Shown here: one piece after another, positions 17,147-25,627 of the stretch
How the letters are laid out: every line of letters starts with the position of its first letter
Position numbering within the stretch: position 1 is the stretch's first letter
Assembly: GCA_963733555.1 (NCBI GenBank)
Contig: CAVTDO010000001.1
Location: 64,913-128,912 of the forward strand
Origin: an uncultured Solirubrobacterales bacterium
GTDB lineage: Bacteria; Actinomycetota; Thermoleophilia; Solirubrobacterales; Solirubrobacteraceae
Direction: 5' to 3'
DNA length: 64,000 nt
Notes under the pieces: model-generated
Database searches by the model: none
What the model was told of the DNA's origin: nothing
The model's input: the letters and a program-made list of their open reading frames with translations, nothing else
Program-made: the position numbers and the translations under genes

Positions 17147-18378
17147 CCCGCCGGCTCGAGGAGAGCCGGCGCTCCGTAGGGGACGAGCGCCGGCGGCAGG
17201 ACCACCGACCCGTCGTCCTGCTGGCCGTTCTCAAGCAGCGCGATCGTCGTCCGGGAGTTCGTGATCACGGTTCCGTTGAGCGTGTGCACGTGCGCGGGCC
17301 GTCCCTCCGATGCCGGGCGGTAGCGGATGTCGAGTCGCCGCGCCTGGTAGTCGGTGGTGTTCGAGCAGGAGGTCAGCTCGCGGTAGCGGCCCTGGCCGGG
17401 CAGCCAGGCCTCGATGTCGTATTTCTTGGCCGCCGAGGCGCCGAGGTCGTTGACCGCGATCGCCACCACCCGGTACGGGATGGCCAGCTCCTGGCAGATG
17501 GCCTCCTCGATGGCCAGCAGGCGCTCGTGCTCGGCCTCGCTCTCCGACGGGTCGACGAAGGCGAACATCTCCACCTTGTCGAACTGGTGCACCCGGAAGA
17601 TGCCCCGCGTGTCCTTGCCCGCGGCGCCGGCCTCCCGCCGGAAGCAGCTCGAGAACCCGGCGTAGCGACGCGGCAGCCCCTCGGCCTCGAAGATCTCGTC
17701 GGCGTGCAGCGAGGCCAGGGCGACCTCCGAGGTGCCGACCAGGTACAGGTCGTCCTCAGGCAGGTGGTAGATCTGCTGTTCGGTGTCAGGCAGGAACCCG
17801 GTTCCGTAGAGCGCCCGCTCCCGCACGAGCACGGGCGGGATCACCGGCTCGAACTTCTCCGCGCTCAGCCGCTCGAAGGCGTAACGGACGAGCGCGAGCT
17901 CCAGCAGCACGAGCTCGCCCTTCAGGTAGGCGAAGCGTGAGCCGGACAGCTGGGCCGCGTGCTCTATGTCGATCCGGGACCCGGCCAGCTCCAGGTGGTC
18001 ACGGCCCGTGGCCCCGGCATCGCCCACCTCCCTGAGCACCGTGTCCTCCGGCGGGGCATCGTCGTCCGGGAGGTTCGGCAGTGAGGCGAGCGCCCGCTCA
18101 CGTTCGGCCCGGACCGCGCTCTCCTCGTCGCTCAGCTCACGGCCCCGGGCCGCCCGGGCCGCCAGCTGCTCACGCTCCTCAGGCGTGGGCGGGCCGCTTC
18201 TTCCGCGTGAGGCGCGGTTCTGCTCGGACTGAAGCTCCTCGAGCCCGGTCCGGAGGGTACGCCAGCGCTCGTCGAGCTCCAGCACCCGATCGAGCGTCGC
18301 CACGGGTTCCGGACCCCGTCGCGCCAGCGCCGCACGCACGGCGTCCGGGTCGCGACGGATCAGGTGGATGTCGAGAAC
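17140..18378 (-). CDS. serS: Serine--tRNA ligase; the expected start position is a GTT codon
   Basis: N-terminal (V)LDIHLIRRDPDAVRAALARR; 'YLVGTSEV', 'FRREAGAAGKDTRGIFRVHQFDKVE', 'ELTSCSN', 'HTLNGT' motifs. Confidence 0.95.
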   Translation of the reverse strand, partial: VLDIHLIRRDPDAVRAALARRGPEPVATLDRVLELDERWRTLRTGLEELQSEQNRASRGRSGPPTPEEREQLAARAARGRELSDEESAVRAERERALASLPNLPDDDAPPEDTVLREVGDAGATGRDHLELAGSRIDIEHAAQLSGSRFAYLKGELVLLELALVRYAFERLSAEKFEPVIPPVLVRERALYGTGFLPDTEQQIYHLPEDDLYLVGTSEVALASLHADEIFEAEGLPRRYAGFSSCFRREAGAAGKDTRGIFRVHQFDKVEMFAFVDPSESEAEHERLLAIEEAICQELAIPYRVVAIAVNDLGASAAKKYDIEAWLPGQGRYRELTSCSNTTDYQARRLDIRYRPASEGRPAHVHTLNGTVITNSRTTIALLENGQQDDGSVVLPPALVPYGAPALLEPAGA

Positions 18379-18389
18379 CCGTTCGCTCC

Positions 18390-18989
18390 CTAGGTCTTGC
18401 TCTTGCCGCGCTTCTTGCCCTTGGCCTTGCTCGGCGTGCCCTTTTTCGGCGGGAACCTGCCCGACCCGGTCGACGTCACCTTGCCCGCCTGCTTGGCCTG
18501 AGAGGTGGCGCTCGTCGTCCCGGTTCCGGAAACGGCTGGGATCGCTCCGACCGGGTTCTTCGGTGAGTCACAGGGCACCACGCTCGGCACCTTCGGGGCC
18601 TGGCGCCCGGCGTAGGTGGCCACGAACATGGCCACCTCCTTGGCCTGCTGGCCGACGACGATGTTCTGGGGCATGATCGCGCCGGAGAAGCCGCCGTTCT
18701 CGATTGCGTAGAGCACGCGGGTGACCGGACGCTCACAGCGCTGGTCGAAGTTGGGCCCGTTGTTGTACTGGGCCGTGCGCACGTTCGCCGCCGACCCGTG
18801 GGTGGCGGCGTAGGAGAGCGTGTGGCAGCCGGCGCAGCGCTGGTTGAACAGGAGGGCGCCCTGATAGAGAGCGCCGTGAGACTTGGCGACCTGGACCGAC
18901 TCGGTGCCGAAGCTGGCGCACGCGGACAGCGCGCTCGCCACGGCGAGCATCGCGGTCGAGACCAGGAAGAGCTTGACTGGCCGGGCCAT
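18390..18989 (-). CDS. Monoheme class I cytochrome c lipoprotein with Lys-rich tail
   Basis: Lipobox LSAC; CAGCH heme-binding motif; GPNFD; distal Met in 'IMP'. Confidence 0.85.
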   Translation of the reverse strand: MARPVKLFLVSTAMLAVASALSACASFGTESVQVAKSHGALYQGALLFNQRCAGCHTLSYAATHGSAANVRTAQYNNGPNFDQRCERPVTRVLYAIENGGFSGAIMPQNIVVGQQAKEVAMFVATYAGRQAPKVPSVVPCDSPKNPVGAIPAVSGTGTTSATSQAKQAGKVTSTGSGRFPPKKGTPSKAKGKKRGKSKT

Positions 18990-19028
18990 GCGGGCCCGGA
19001 TGATACGCGGCAACTACGATCCGGCGCG

Positions 19029-19403
19029 ATGCGCAAGCTGCGAGCGGCCACTCGCCTGCTCCTCGTGGGCGCGGGCCTCGCGGCGCTGACCGGCTGCAGC
19101 CACACCACCACCGTCGGTGCCAGCCGAACCCTCCGGATCGCTCTGACCGAGTACCGCGTAATTCCCCAGAGCGTGGAGTCCAGCGCTGGGGAGCTCACCA
19201 TGGTGGTTGAAAACGACGGCCGGCTCGCCCACGACCTGGCCGTGTCCAGCCACGGGGTCATCGTCGGCCAGACGCCGCCGCTCCAGCCCGGGACCCGCAC
19301 CTACCTGGTGCTCACCCTGACCCCGGGGAGCTACCTGATGACCTCGACGCTCTTCTCCGATCAGGCGCTGGGGGCCTACGGGACGCTGAGAGTCCGTCGC
19401 TGA
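19029..19403 (+). CDS. Cupredoxin-like lipoprotein lacking canonical type-1 copper ligands
   Basis: Lipobox LTGC; 'EYRVIPQSV...AGELTMVVENDG...HDLAV...L.PG.....L.LTL.PGSY' fold pattern; no Cys/His/Met in the C-terminal ligand loop. Confidence 0.6.
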   Translation: MRKLRAATRLLLVGAGLAALTGCSHTTTVGASRTLRIALTEYRVIPQSVESSAGELTMVVENDGRLAHDLAVSSHGVIVGQTPPLQPGTRTYLVLTLTPGSYLMTSTLFSDQALGAYGTLRVRR

Positions 19404-19421
19404 GGGCGCGAGGCCGCGCCC
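19404..19421 (+). terminator. GC hairpin after the stop codon (possible terminator)
   Basis: GGGCGCG-AGGC-CGCGCCC; no U-tract. Confidence 0.4.
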
Positions 19422-19455
19422 GCGGAGGGGACGCCGCACGACGCGGACCAGGGAA

Positions 19456-19605
19456 GGTGCCCGCTCCCGGGCGCCGAACCAAGCCCTACCCCGGCGCCGG
19501 CCGATGAGACGTTCGCACCTGTAGTCATGCGCGATCGTCCTCCGACGGCGGCAACCAGGAGGCCGGCGCCGGGATCCTAACCCCTGCCTGCCGGGAGGGG
19601 GGACC
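19456..19605 (+). ncRNA. Structured RNA candidate with 6S RNA-like architecture (strand uncertain)
   Basis: Closing stem 19456-19470/19591-19605 (13 of 15 pairs); large C/A-rich internal bubble; perfect 13-bp stem 19490-19502/19561-19573; branched apex. Confidence 0.45.
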
Positions 19606-19622
19606 CGATATAACCGGCCGGG

Positions 19623-20123
19623 ATGGCCACCGAGCTGGATCCCGAACTCTTCCGTGAGGTGTTTGGCCGGTTCGCCACCGGCGTCGCCGTGGTGACCAGC
19701 GCGGGCCAAGGCCGCAGCGGCGGGATGACGGCCAACGCCGTGTGCTCGCTCTCCCTGGATCCGCTGCTCGCGCTCGTCTGCTTCGCCAACGAGGCCCGGA
19801 CGCTGCCGATCGTTCGGGAGGCCGGCCGCTTCGCGGTCAACGTGCTCGCCTCCGATCAGGAGGACCTGGCCGCCGTGTTCGCCTCCAAGCTGCCCGAGGC
19901 GGAGAAGCTGGACGCGGTCGCCCACCGGGTGGAGGGCGGCTTGCCGATCATCGAGGGGGCGCTCGCCTGGGCCACGTGCCAGCTGCGTGAGCTGATTCCC
20001 GGCGGAGATCACACAATCGCCATCGGCCAGGTCACCGCGATGGGCCTGGGCCGGGGCGAGCCGCTCATCTGGTACGGCGGTCGCTACCTCACGGGGCCCT
20101 GCGAGGGCGGCTCCGCCGCCTGA
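19623..20123 (+). CDS. Flavin reductase family protein
   Basis: 'FREVFGRFATGVAVVT...GMTANAVCSLSLDP', 'GGDHTIAIGQV', 'PLIWYGGRY'. Confidence 0.92.
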   Translation: MATELDPELFREVFGRFATGVAVVTSAGQGRSGGMTANAVCSLSLDPLLALVCFANEARTLPIVREAGRFAVNVLASDQEDLAAVFASKLPEAEKLDAVAHRVEGGLPIIEGALAWATCQLRELIPGGDHTIAIGQVTAMGLGRGEPLIWYGGRYLTGPCEGGSAA

Positions 20124-20125
20124 GG

Positions 20126-20569
20126 TCAGTGGGCGGTTTGGGCGGCGCGCAGAAGCAGCACGACTATCACCGCGGCCGCGAGAGTCATCACGCCGAGCTC
20201 ACGGCGCAGAATGGCCAGAACCACCGAGCGCTGCTCCTCGGCGGGTTGCTTTCCAACCGCCTGGGCCGACTCATAGCCGCGGGTGTCGAGCACGGACTGA
20301 GCCGAGGCGGCACGGAACGCCTCGGCAATGACCGAGAAGAGCAGCGGCAGCGCGCCGTAGATCACGTGCAGCTCGGGCGGCTTGTGACCGAGCGCGACGA
20401 GGACTCCGCCGAGCGCCACCTGGACCACGGTCACGGCCTGCGTCACACGCAGAAGCCGCCAAAACCAGGCGCTTGAGCTGACGCGCCACCACGCCCACAG
20501 GCCCCACACTCCGGTGACCCCCCACGCGGCGATGGTCAGGACCCCGACGACGAGATGAACCTGCTTCAC
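20126..20569 (-). CDS. Hypothetical membrane protein
   Basis: About 4 hydrophobic segments; 'ELHVIYGALPL' motif; GTG start assumed. Confidence 0.65.
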   Translation of the reverse strand: MKQVHLVVGVLTIAAWGVTGVWGLWAWWRVSSSAWFWRLLRVTQAVTVVQVALGGVLVALGHKPPELHVIYGALPLLFSVIAEAFRAASAQSVLDTRGYESAQAVGKQPAEEQRSVVLAILRRELGVMTLAAAVIVVLLLRAAQTAH

Positions 20570-20660
20570 GCAACCCCTCCGCACCGGCGGCGGCAGACGC
20601 ATAGGCTTGAGCCCTCGCTGAGGGCCGTACCGCCCCGAACATAGCCGCATTTCGCACTAA

Positions 20661-20707
20661 GTAACACTCTGTTACAAGGTACCCCTCCCCGGTGCTATAA
20701 CGCAAAA
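20661..20707 (+). promoter_or_regulatory. nuoA promoter: extended -10 (TGcTATAAC), leaderless, with upstream palindrome
   Basis: TATAAC at 20696-20701 lies 6 nt before ATG 20708; no SD; GTAACA-CTC-TGTTAC at 20661-20675. Confidence 0.6.
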
Positions 20708-21064
20708 ATGCTCCGTGACTACCTCCCAGCGCTCGTGTTCCTAGTTCTGGGCGGCGTCATCGGCACGCTCTTCGGCGTGCTCAACCTATTCCTCGGCCGC
20801 CGCCATCCGAGCCGGTCCAAGCAGGAGCCCTACGAATGCGGCCTGCCCTCGGAGATCCAGCGCGGCTTCCGCTTCGGGATCAGCTTCTACCTCGTGGCGA
20901 TGCTCTTCATCCTGTTCGACATCGAGGTCATCTTCATCTATCCGATCGCCGTCCAGCTCCGGGCCTTCGGGACCTTCGCCTTGAGCGAGACCGTGGTCTT
21001 CGTTGTGCTGCTGATGGTCGCCTTCGTCTACGTGTGGCGCCGCGGGGCCCTGCAATGGAACTGA
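20708..21064 (+). CDS. nuoA: NADH-quinone oxidoreductase subunit A
   Basis: 'KQEPYECG', '[14 protein letters not shown]', '[10 protein letters not shown]'. Confidence 0.96.
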   Translation: MLRDYLPALVFLVLGGVIGTLFGVLNLFLGRRHPSRSKQEPYECGLPSEIQRGFRFGISFYLVAMLFILFDIEVIFIYPIAVQLRAFGTFALSETVVFVVLLMVAFVYVWRRGALQWN

Positions 21065-21723
21065 AGCGTGAGCAGGTCGATCCGGCCGACCTCCGGATCA
21101 ACAAGCTCCGCGCCCACGACATGCTCCGGGATGACCTGGACGACGACGAGCTCGAGCGCTACGTCCAGGAGCGGGTCGTCACCACGACGCTCGACCGCGC
21201 CGTGTCCTGGGCCCGCGGCAACTCCTTCTTCCCGCTGACCTTCGGGCTCGCCTGCTGCGCCATCGAGATGATGTCGATCGTCGGAGCCCGGCTGGACATC
21301 GCGCGCTTCGGCTTCGAGGCCTTCCGGGCCTCACCGCGCCAGGCCGACCTGATCATCCTGTCCGGCCGGGTGTCGATCAAGATGGCTCCGGTCATCCGCC
21401 GCATCTATGACCAGATGCTCGACCCCAAGTGGGCCATCTCGATGGGGGCCTGCTGCTCGTCGATGGGCGTCTTCAACAACTACGCCCTCGTCCCGGCGGA
21501 CAAGTTCATGCCGATCTCCGTGCACGTCCCCGGTTGCCCGCCGCGTCCCGAGGCGCTCGCCCACGGAATCCTGCGCCTCCGCGATCAGGTGATGGGCAAC
21601 CCGCCCGCCGGCTGGCGTGAGCGCTACGCCGCCAACGGAACCGAGGAGCTGCTGGCCCCCGAACACGACGGCGACGGCGCCGAAGTCAACGTCTTCGTAC
21701 CCGGGGAAACCGCCGGTGCCTGA
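21055..21723 (+). CDS. nuoB: NADH-quinone oxidoreductase subunit B
   Basis: '[11 protein letters not shown]', 'ASPRQAD', 'SMGACCS', 'VPGCPPRPE'. Confidence 0.97.
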   Translation: MELKREQVDPADLRINKLRAHDMLRDDLDDDELERYVQERVVTTTLDRAVSWARGNSFFPLTFGLACCAIEMMSIVGARLDIARFGFEAFRASPRQADLIILSGRVSIKMAPVIRRIYDQMLDPKWAISMGACCSSMGVFNNYALVPADKFMPISVHVPGCPPRPEALAHGILRLRDQVMGNPPAGWRERYAANGTEELLAPEHDGDGAEVNVFVPGETAGA

Positions 21724-22225
21724 CGCCACCGGGCTTGAGCTGACCGCCCAGGAGCTCCGCGACCACGAGGAGGGGTCCGTACTCGACACGGAGTTTCACC
21801 GCGGGCGCGCCGTGCTCGTCATCGACCCCGGGAAGGTCAAGCCGGTGCTGACCCACCTCCAGGGTCAGGGGTACCGCTCCCTGGCCAGCCTCCACGGTGT
21901 CGACTATTACCCTCAGGAACCCCGCCTGGGGGTGCTCTACGAGCTCCTGGACATGGACCGCGTGGATCGCATCAGCGTCAAGGCGCGGGTCACCATCGAT
22001 GCGCCAGAGATCGACTCGGTGGTCGAGCTCTTCCCGGGGGCCGAGTTCCCCGAGCGTGAGGTCTACGACATGTTCGGCGTCGTCTTCAACGGCCACCCGG
22101 ACCTGCGCCGGATCCTCATGCCAGAGGACTACGAAGGCCATCCCCAGCGGCGGGACTTCCCCATCGGCGGCGAGCCGGTGCTCTTCACCTTCAACGAGCA
22201 GCAGTCCTACGGGAAGGACGTGTGA
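21716..22225 (+). CDS. nuoC: NADH-quinone oxidoreductase subunit C
   Basis: '[24 protein letters not shown]...GHPQRRDFP'. Confidence 0.96.
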   Translation: MPDATGLELTAQELRDHEEGSVLDTEFHRGRAVLVIDPGKVKPVLTHLQGQGYRSLASLHGVDYYPQEPRLGVLYELLDMDRVDRISVKARVTIDAPEIDSVVELFPGAEFPEREVYDMFGVVFNGHPDLRRILMPEDYEGHPQRRDFPIGGEPVLFTFNEQQSYGKDV

Positions 22226-23523
22226 TGGCCGCCGGCAGCCGTGAGTCGGTCGACGAGACCGCCCAGTCGGGTCGCGCCACCGCGTCGCTCACCGAGGACT
22301 ACCGCAAGCGGGAGCAGTCGGTGACCATCTCCGCCGAGCCGGCCGGCTCCGGCGAGACGCACGAGCTGATGACGCTCAACATCGGGCCCCACCATCCCGC
22401 CACGCACGGCGTACTGCGCCTGCTCACCACACTCGAGGGCGAGGTCATACGTGACGTCAAGCCGATCATCGGCTACGTCCACACCGGGATCGAGAAGACG
22501 GCCGAGGACAAGGCGTACTGGAAGGCCATCCCGGTCGTCGAGCGGATGGACTACCTGGCCTACTACTTCAACGCCATGGCCTTCTGCGGCGCCGTCGAAA
22601 CGCTGCTTGACATCGAGGTCCCTCCGCGCGCCCAGCACCTCAGGGTCATCCACATGGAGCTGAACCGGATCATGTCGCACCTGGTCTGGCTGGGCACGAG
22701 CGCGCTCGATCTGGGGGCCATCTCGATGTTCTGGTACTGCTTCCGCGAACGGGAGAAGATCCTCGACCTGTTCGAGATGTCCTCCGGCCAGCGCATGCAC
22801 ACGCGCTACTTCCAGGTCGGCGGGGTGATGGAGGACATTCCGCCCGGCTTCGCCCTCAAGCTGCGGCAGTTCATCAAGGACATGCCGAACCGGGCCGACC
22901 AGTACGCCGACCTCCTGTCCAAGAACCAGATCGTCATCGAACGTCTGCGGGGTACCGGGATCGTCGATCAGGAGACGATGCTCAAACTCGGCGTCACCGG
23001 TCCCCTGCTCCGGGCCACCGGTAATCCGTGGGACCTGCGCAAGGCCCATCCGTACTCAAGCTACGACCACTTCGAATTCAAGATCCCGGTCGGGACCGTG
23101 GGCGACAACTACGACCGCTACCGGGTCCGTCACGCCGAGCTCTACGAGTCGACGAGGATCATCGAGCAGGCGCTCGACGGTCTGCCCGAGGGGCCGTTCA
23201 TCACCACCGATCGGAAGGTCGCCCTGCCGCCACGCCACGAGCTGGCCACGAGCATGGAGGCGCTGATCCACCACTTCAAGCTCGTCACCGAGGGCTTCCG
23301 CGTCCCGCCCGGCGAGGCCTATTACCCGATTGAGGGGCCTCGTGGCGAGCTCGCCTGCTTCGTGCGCGCCGATGGCTCGGCCAAGCCGGCTCGCGTCCAC
23401 ATGCGCGACCCCAGCTTCGTCAACCTCCAGGCGCTCCGCCACATGGTCAACGGCGCCTACCTGGCCGACCTCATCGCCACGCTGGCCATGCTCGATCCGA
23501 TTCTCGGAGGCATCGACCGATGA
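22225..23523 (+). CDS. nuoD: NADH-quinone oxidoreductase subunit D
   Basis: 'NIGPHHPATHGVLR', 'GYVHTGIEK', 'ERMDY', 'EGPRGE', 'DPILGGIDR'. Confidence 0.97.
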   Translation: MAAGSRESVDETAQSGRATASLTEDYRKREQSVTISAEPAGSGETHELMTLNIGPHHPATHGVLRLLTTLEGEVIRDVKPIIGYVHTGIEKTAEDKAYWKAIPVVERMDYLAYYFNAMAFCGAVETLLDIEVPPRAQHLRVIHMELNRIMSHLVWLGTSALDLGAISMFWYCFREREKILDLFEMSSGQRMHTRYFQVGGVMEDIPPGFALKLRQFIKDMPNRADQYADLLSKNQIVIERLRGTGIVDQETMLKLGVTGPLLRATGNPWDLRKAHPYSSYDHFEFKIPVGTVGDNYDRYRVRHAELYESTRIIEQALDGLPEGPFITTDRKVALPPRHELATSMEALIHHFKLVTEGFRVPPGEAYYPIEGPRGELACFVRADGSAKPARVHMRDPSFVNLQALRHMVNGAYLADLIATLAMLDPILGGIDR

Positions 23524-24293
23524 GCGCCGTGCCCCGCTTCGGCCACGGGTCCCGCGTCCCCGGCTGGGACGAATCGGTCGACCTGACCAAGGACCCGGCG
23601 GTCATCCCCGACCGGGAGACGACGCCCGTGCCGCCCGCGCTGCGAGACGAGATCGAAGCCGCGATGGCCAAGTACCCCGATCGCCGCTCGGCCGCCATCC
23701 CCGCGCTTCACGCCGCCCAGCAGGTGCACGGCTGGTGCTCTCCGGAGGCGCTCCATCAGGTGGCGGCGGTCATGCAGGTGACGCCCGCCTATCTCACCTC
23801 GGTGGCCACCTTCTACGACATGCTCGAGAACCGCCCGGAGAAGGTCGGTCACCACGACGTGTACGTGTGCACGAACATCTCGTGCTCGCTGCGCGGAGCC
23901 CATGACGTGCTCGACGCGATGGTCGGAGCCGCCGCCCTGACCGACGGCGAGGTGCACGTGCGATCGTTCGAGTGCCTGGGCGCCTGCGACATCGCCCCGA
24001 TGGCCTCGGTCGACGGCGAATACGTCGGCCCCCTGACCCAGGAGGACACGCGCCAGATCGTCGAGGATCTCCAGGCCGGCCGCCCGGTCCTCCAGGAGAA
24101 GCAGCTGCGCTATCGCAAGGCGGCCGATCCCGGCGTCGCCGAGGAGGGCTCTGAGTGGTCGCCCCGCGGCGACGCTCCGCGCGCCGATACGGCCGGGCTG
24201 AGCGAAGAAACGAAGGATCTCGACCGCCCAGGACCGACCGCCGCCATCGAGGTGCCGGCGGACGAGGCCGAGGCTCAGGAGGACGACGAGTGA
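23520..24293 (+). CDS. nuoE: NADH-quinone oxidoreductase subunit E (acidic C-terminal extension)
   Basis: 'VCTNISCSLRG', 'ECLGACDIAP' 2Fe-2S ligands. Confidence 0.96.
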   Translation: MSAVPRFGHGSRVPGWDESVDLTKDPAVIPDRETTPVPPALRDEIEAAMAKYPDRRSAAIPALHAAQQVHGWCSPEALHQVAAVMQVTPAYLTSVATFYDMLENRPEKVGHHDVYVCTNISCSLRGAHDVLDAMVGAAALTDGEVHVRSFECLGACDIAPMASVDGEYVGPLTQEDTRQIVEDLQAGRPVLQEKQLRYRKAADPGVAEEGSEWSPRGDAPRADTAGLSEETKDLDRPGPTAAIEVPADEAEAQEDDE

Positions 24294-25621
24294 AGCTGCT
24301 CTTTGACCGGATCGATGAGCCCGGGCTGAACACACTGGAGGTCTACGAACGTCGCGGCGGATATGACTCGCTGCGCAAGGCGCTCGGAATGACCCCGGAG
24401 CAGGCGCTGGAGCAGATCAACGACTCGGGGCTGCGCGGCCGGGGCGGCGCCGGCTTCCGGATGGGCCAGAAGACGGGCTTTCTGCCCCACGGCGACATGG
24501 ACAAGTACCTCGTGTGCAACGCGGATGAGTCCGAGCCGGGGACGTTCAAGGACCGCGAGCTCATGCAGAAGAACCCGCACATGCTGATCGAGGGGATCGT
24601 CATCGCCTCCTGGGTGGCGGAGCTCGACCGGGCCTTCATCTACATCCGCGGCGAGTACCAGCACCAGGCCGACATCCTCGAGGCGGCGATCGCCGAGGCC
24701 CTGGAGGCCGGCTATCTGGGCCGGCAGATCCTCGACTCCGAGCACTCGCTCGAGCTCGTGCTGCACCGGGGCGCCGGCGCCTACATCTGCGGGGAGGAGA
24801 CGGGCCTGCTCGATTCGCTTGAGGGCAAGCGCGGCAACCCGCGCCTCAAGCCGCCCTTCCCCGCCATCGAGGGCCTCTACCACGGCCCGACGCTGATCAA
24901 CAACGTCGAGACGCTGTGCACGGTGCCTCACATCATCCGGATGGGAGGCAAGGAGTACGCCAAGCTCGGCACCGAGACCTCCACCGGAACCAAGGTGGTG
25001 TCGGTTTCCGGCGACGTCCAGCGGCCCGGCAACTACGAGATCGAGCTGGGAATCCCCTCCCGGGAGATCATCTACGGTCTGGCCGGCGGCCCGCCCGAGG
25101 GGCGTGAGGTCAAGTTCTGGTTCCCCGGCGGCTCGAGCGCGCCCGTGCTCACCGGGGACGATCTCGACGTTCCCTACGACTTCGACTCGCTGGCCAAGGC
25201 CGGGACGATGCTCGGCTCGGGAGCCATCATCGTGGTCGACGAGTCGCACACCGTGCTTGAGGTGGCCAAGAAGGTGGCCGGGTTCTACGCCCACGAGTCG
25301 TGCGGCAAATGCGTCCCCTGCCGGGAGGGCACGAACTGGACCGTGAAGATGCTCCGGCGAATCGAGGGGGGCGAAGCCACCCCGATGGACCTCGACATCA
25401 TGGCCGGGGTGCAGGAGCAGATCATCGGCAACTGCCTGTGCGTGCTGGGCGACGCCATGGCCATGCCGATCGGCTCGATGATCGAGAAGTTCCGCCCGGA
25501 GCTCGAGGCCGAGATCGAGGCCGCACGTCAGCGCGCGGACGCCGCCGCCCTGCACGATGTCGTCCCACTCGGCGTAGCCGACCCGCACTCCGGCCCGATG
25601 CCCGTCCACACCGCCCGCTGA
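24290..25621 (+). CDS. nuoF: NADH-quinone oxidoreductase subunit F
   Basis: 'GLRGRGGAGF', 'CNADESEPGTFKDR', 'GAGAYICGEETG', 'ESCGKCVPCREG', 'CVLGD'. Confidence 0.97.
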   Translation: MKLLFDRIDEPGLNTLEVYERRGGYDSLRKALGMTPEQALEQINDSGLRGRGGAGFRMGQKTGFLPHGDMDKYLVCNADESEPGTFKDRELMQKNPHMLIEGIVIASWVAELDRAFIYIRGEYQHQADILEAAIAEALEAGYLGRQILDSEHSLELVLHRGAGAYICGEETGLLDSLEGKRGNPRLKPPFPAIEGLYHGPTLINNVETLCTVPHIIRMGGKEYAKLGTETSTGTKVVSVSGDVQRPGNYEIELGIPSREIIYGLAGGPPEGREVKFWFPGGSSAPVLTGDDLDVPYDFDSLAKAGTMLGSGAIIVVDESHTVLEVAKKVAGFYAHESCGKCVPCREGTNWTVKMLRRIEGGEATPMDLDIMAGVQEQIIGNCLCVLGDAMAMPIGSMIEKFRPELEAEIEAARQRADAAALHDVVPLGVADPHSGPMPVHTAR

Positions 25622-25627
25622 GAAGAC

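Noticed and set aside
19456-19605. SAM-I/IV, c-di-AMP, FMN or cobalamin riboswitch for the flavin reductase
   Set aside because: Only isolated words match (CGGCAACC, CUAACCCC) and not in the required order. The flavin reductase also appears to have its own -10 box downstream of the structure.
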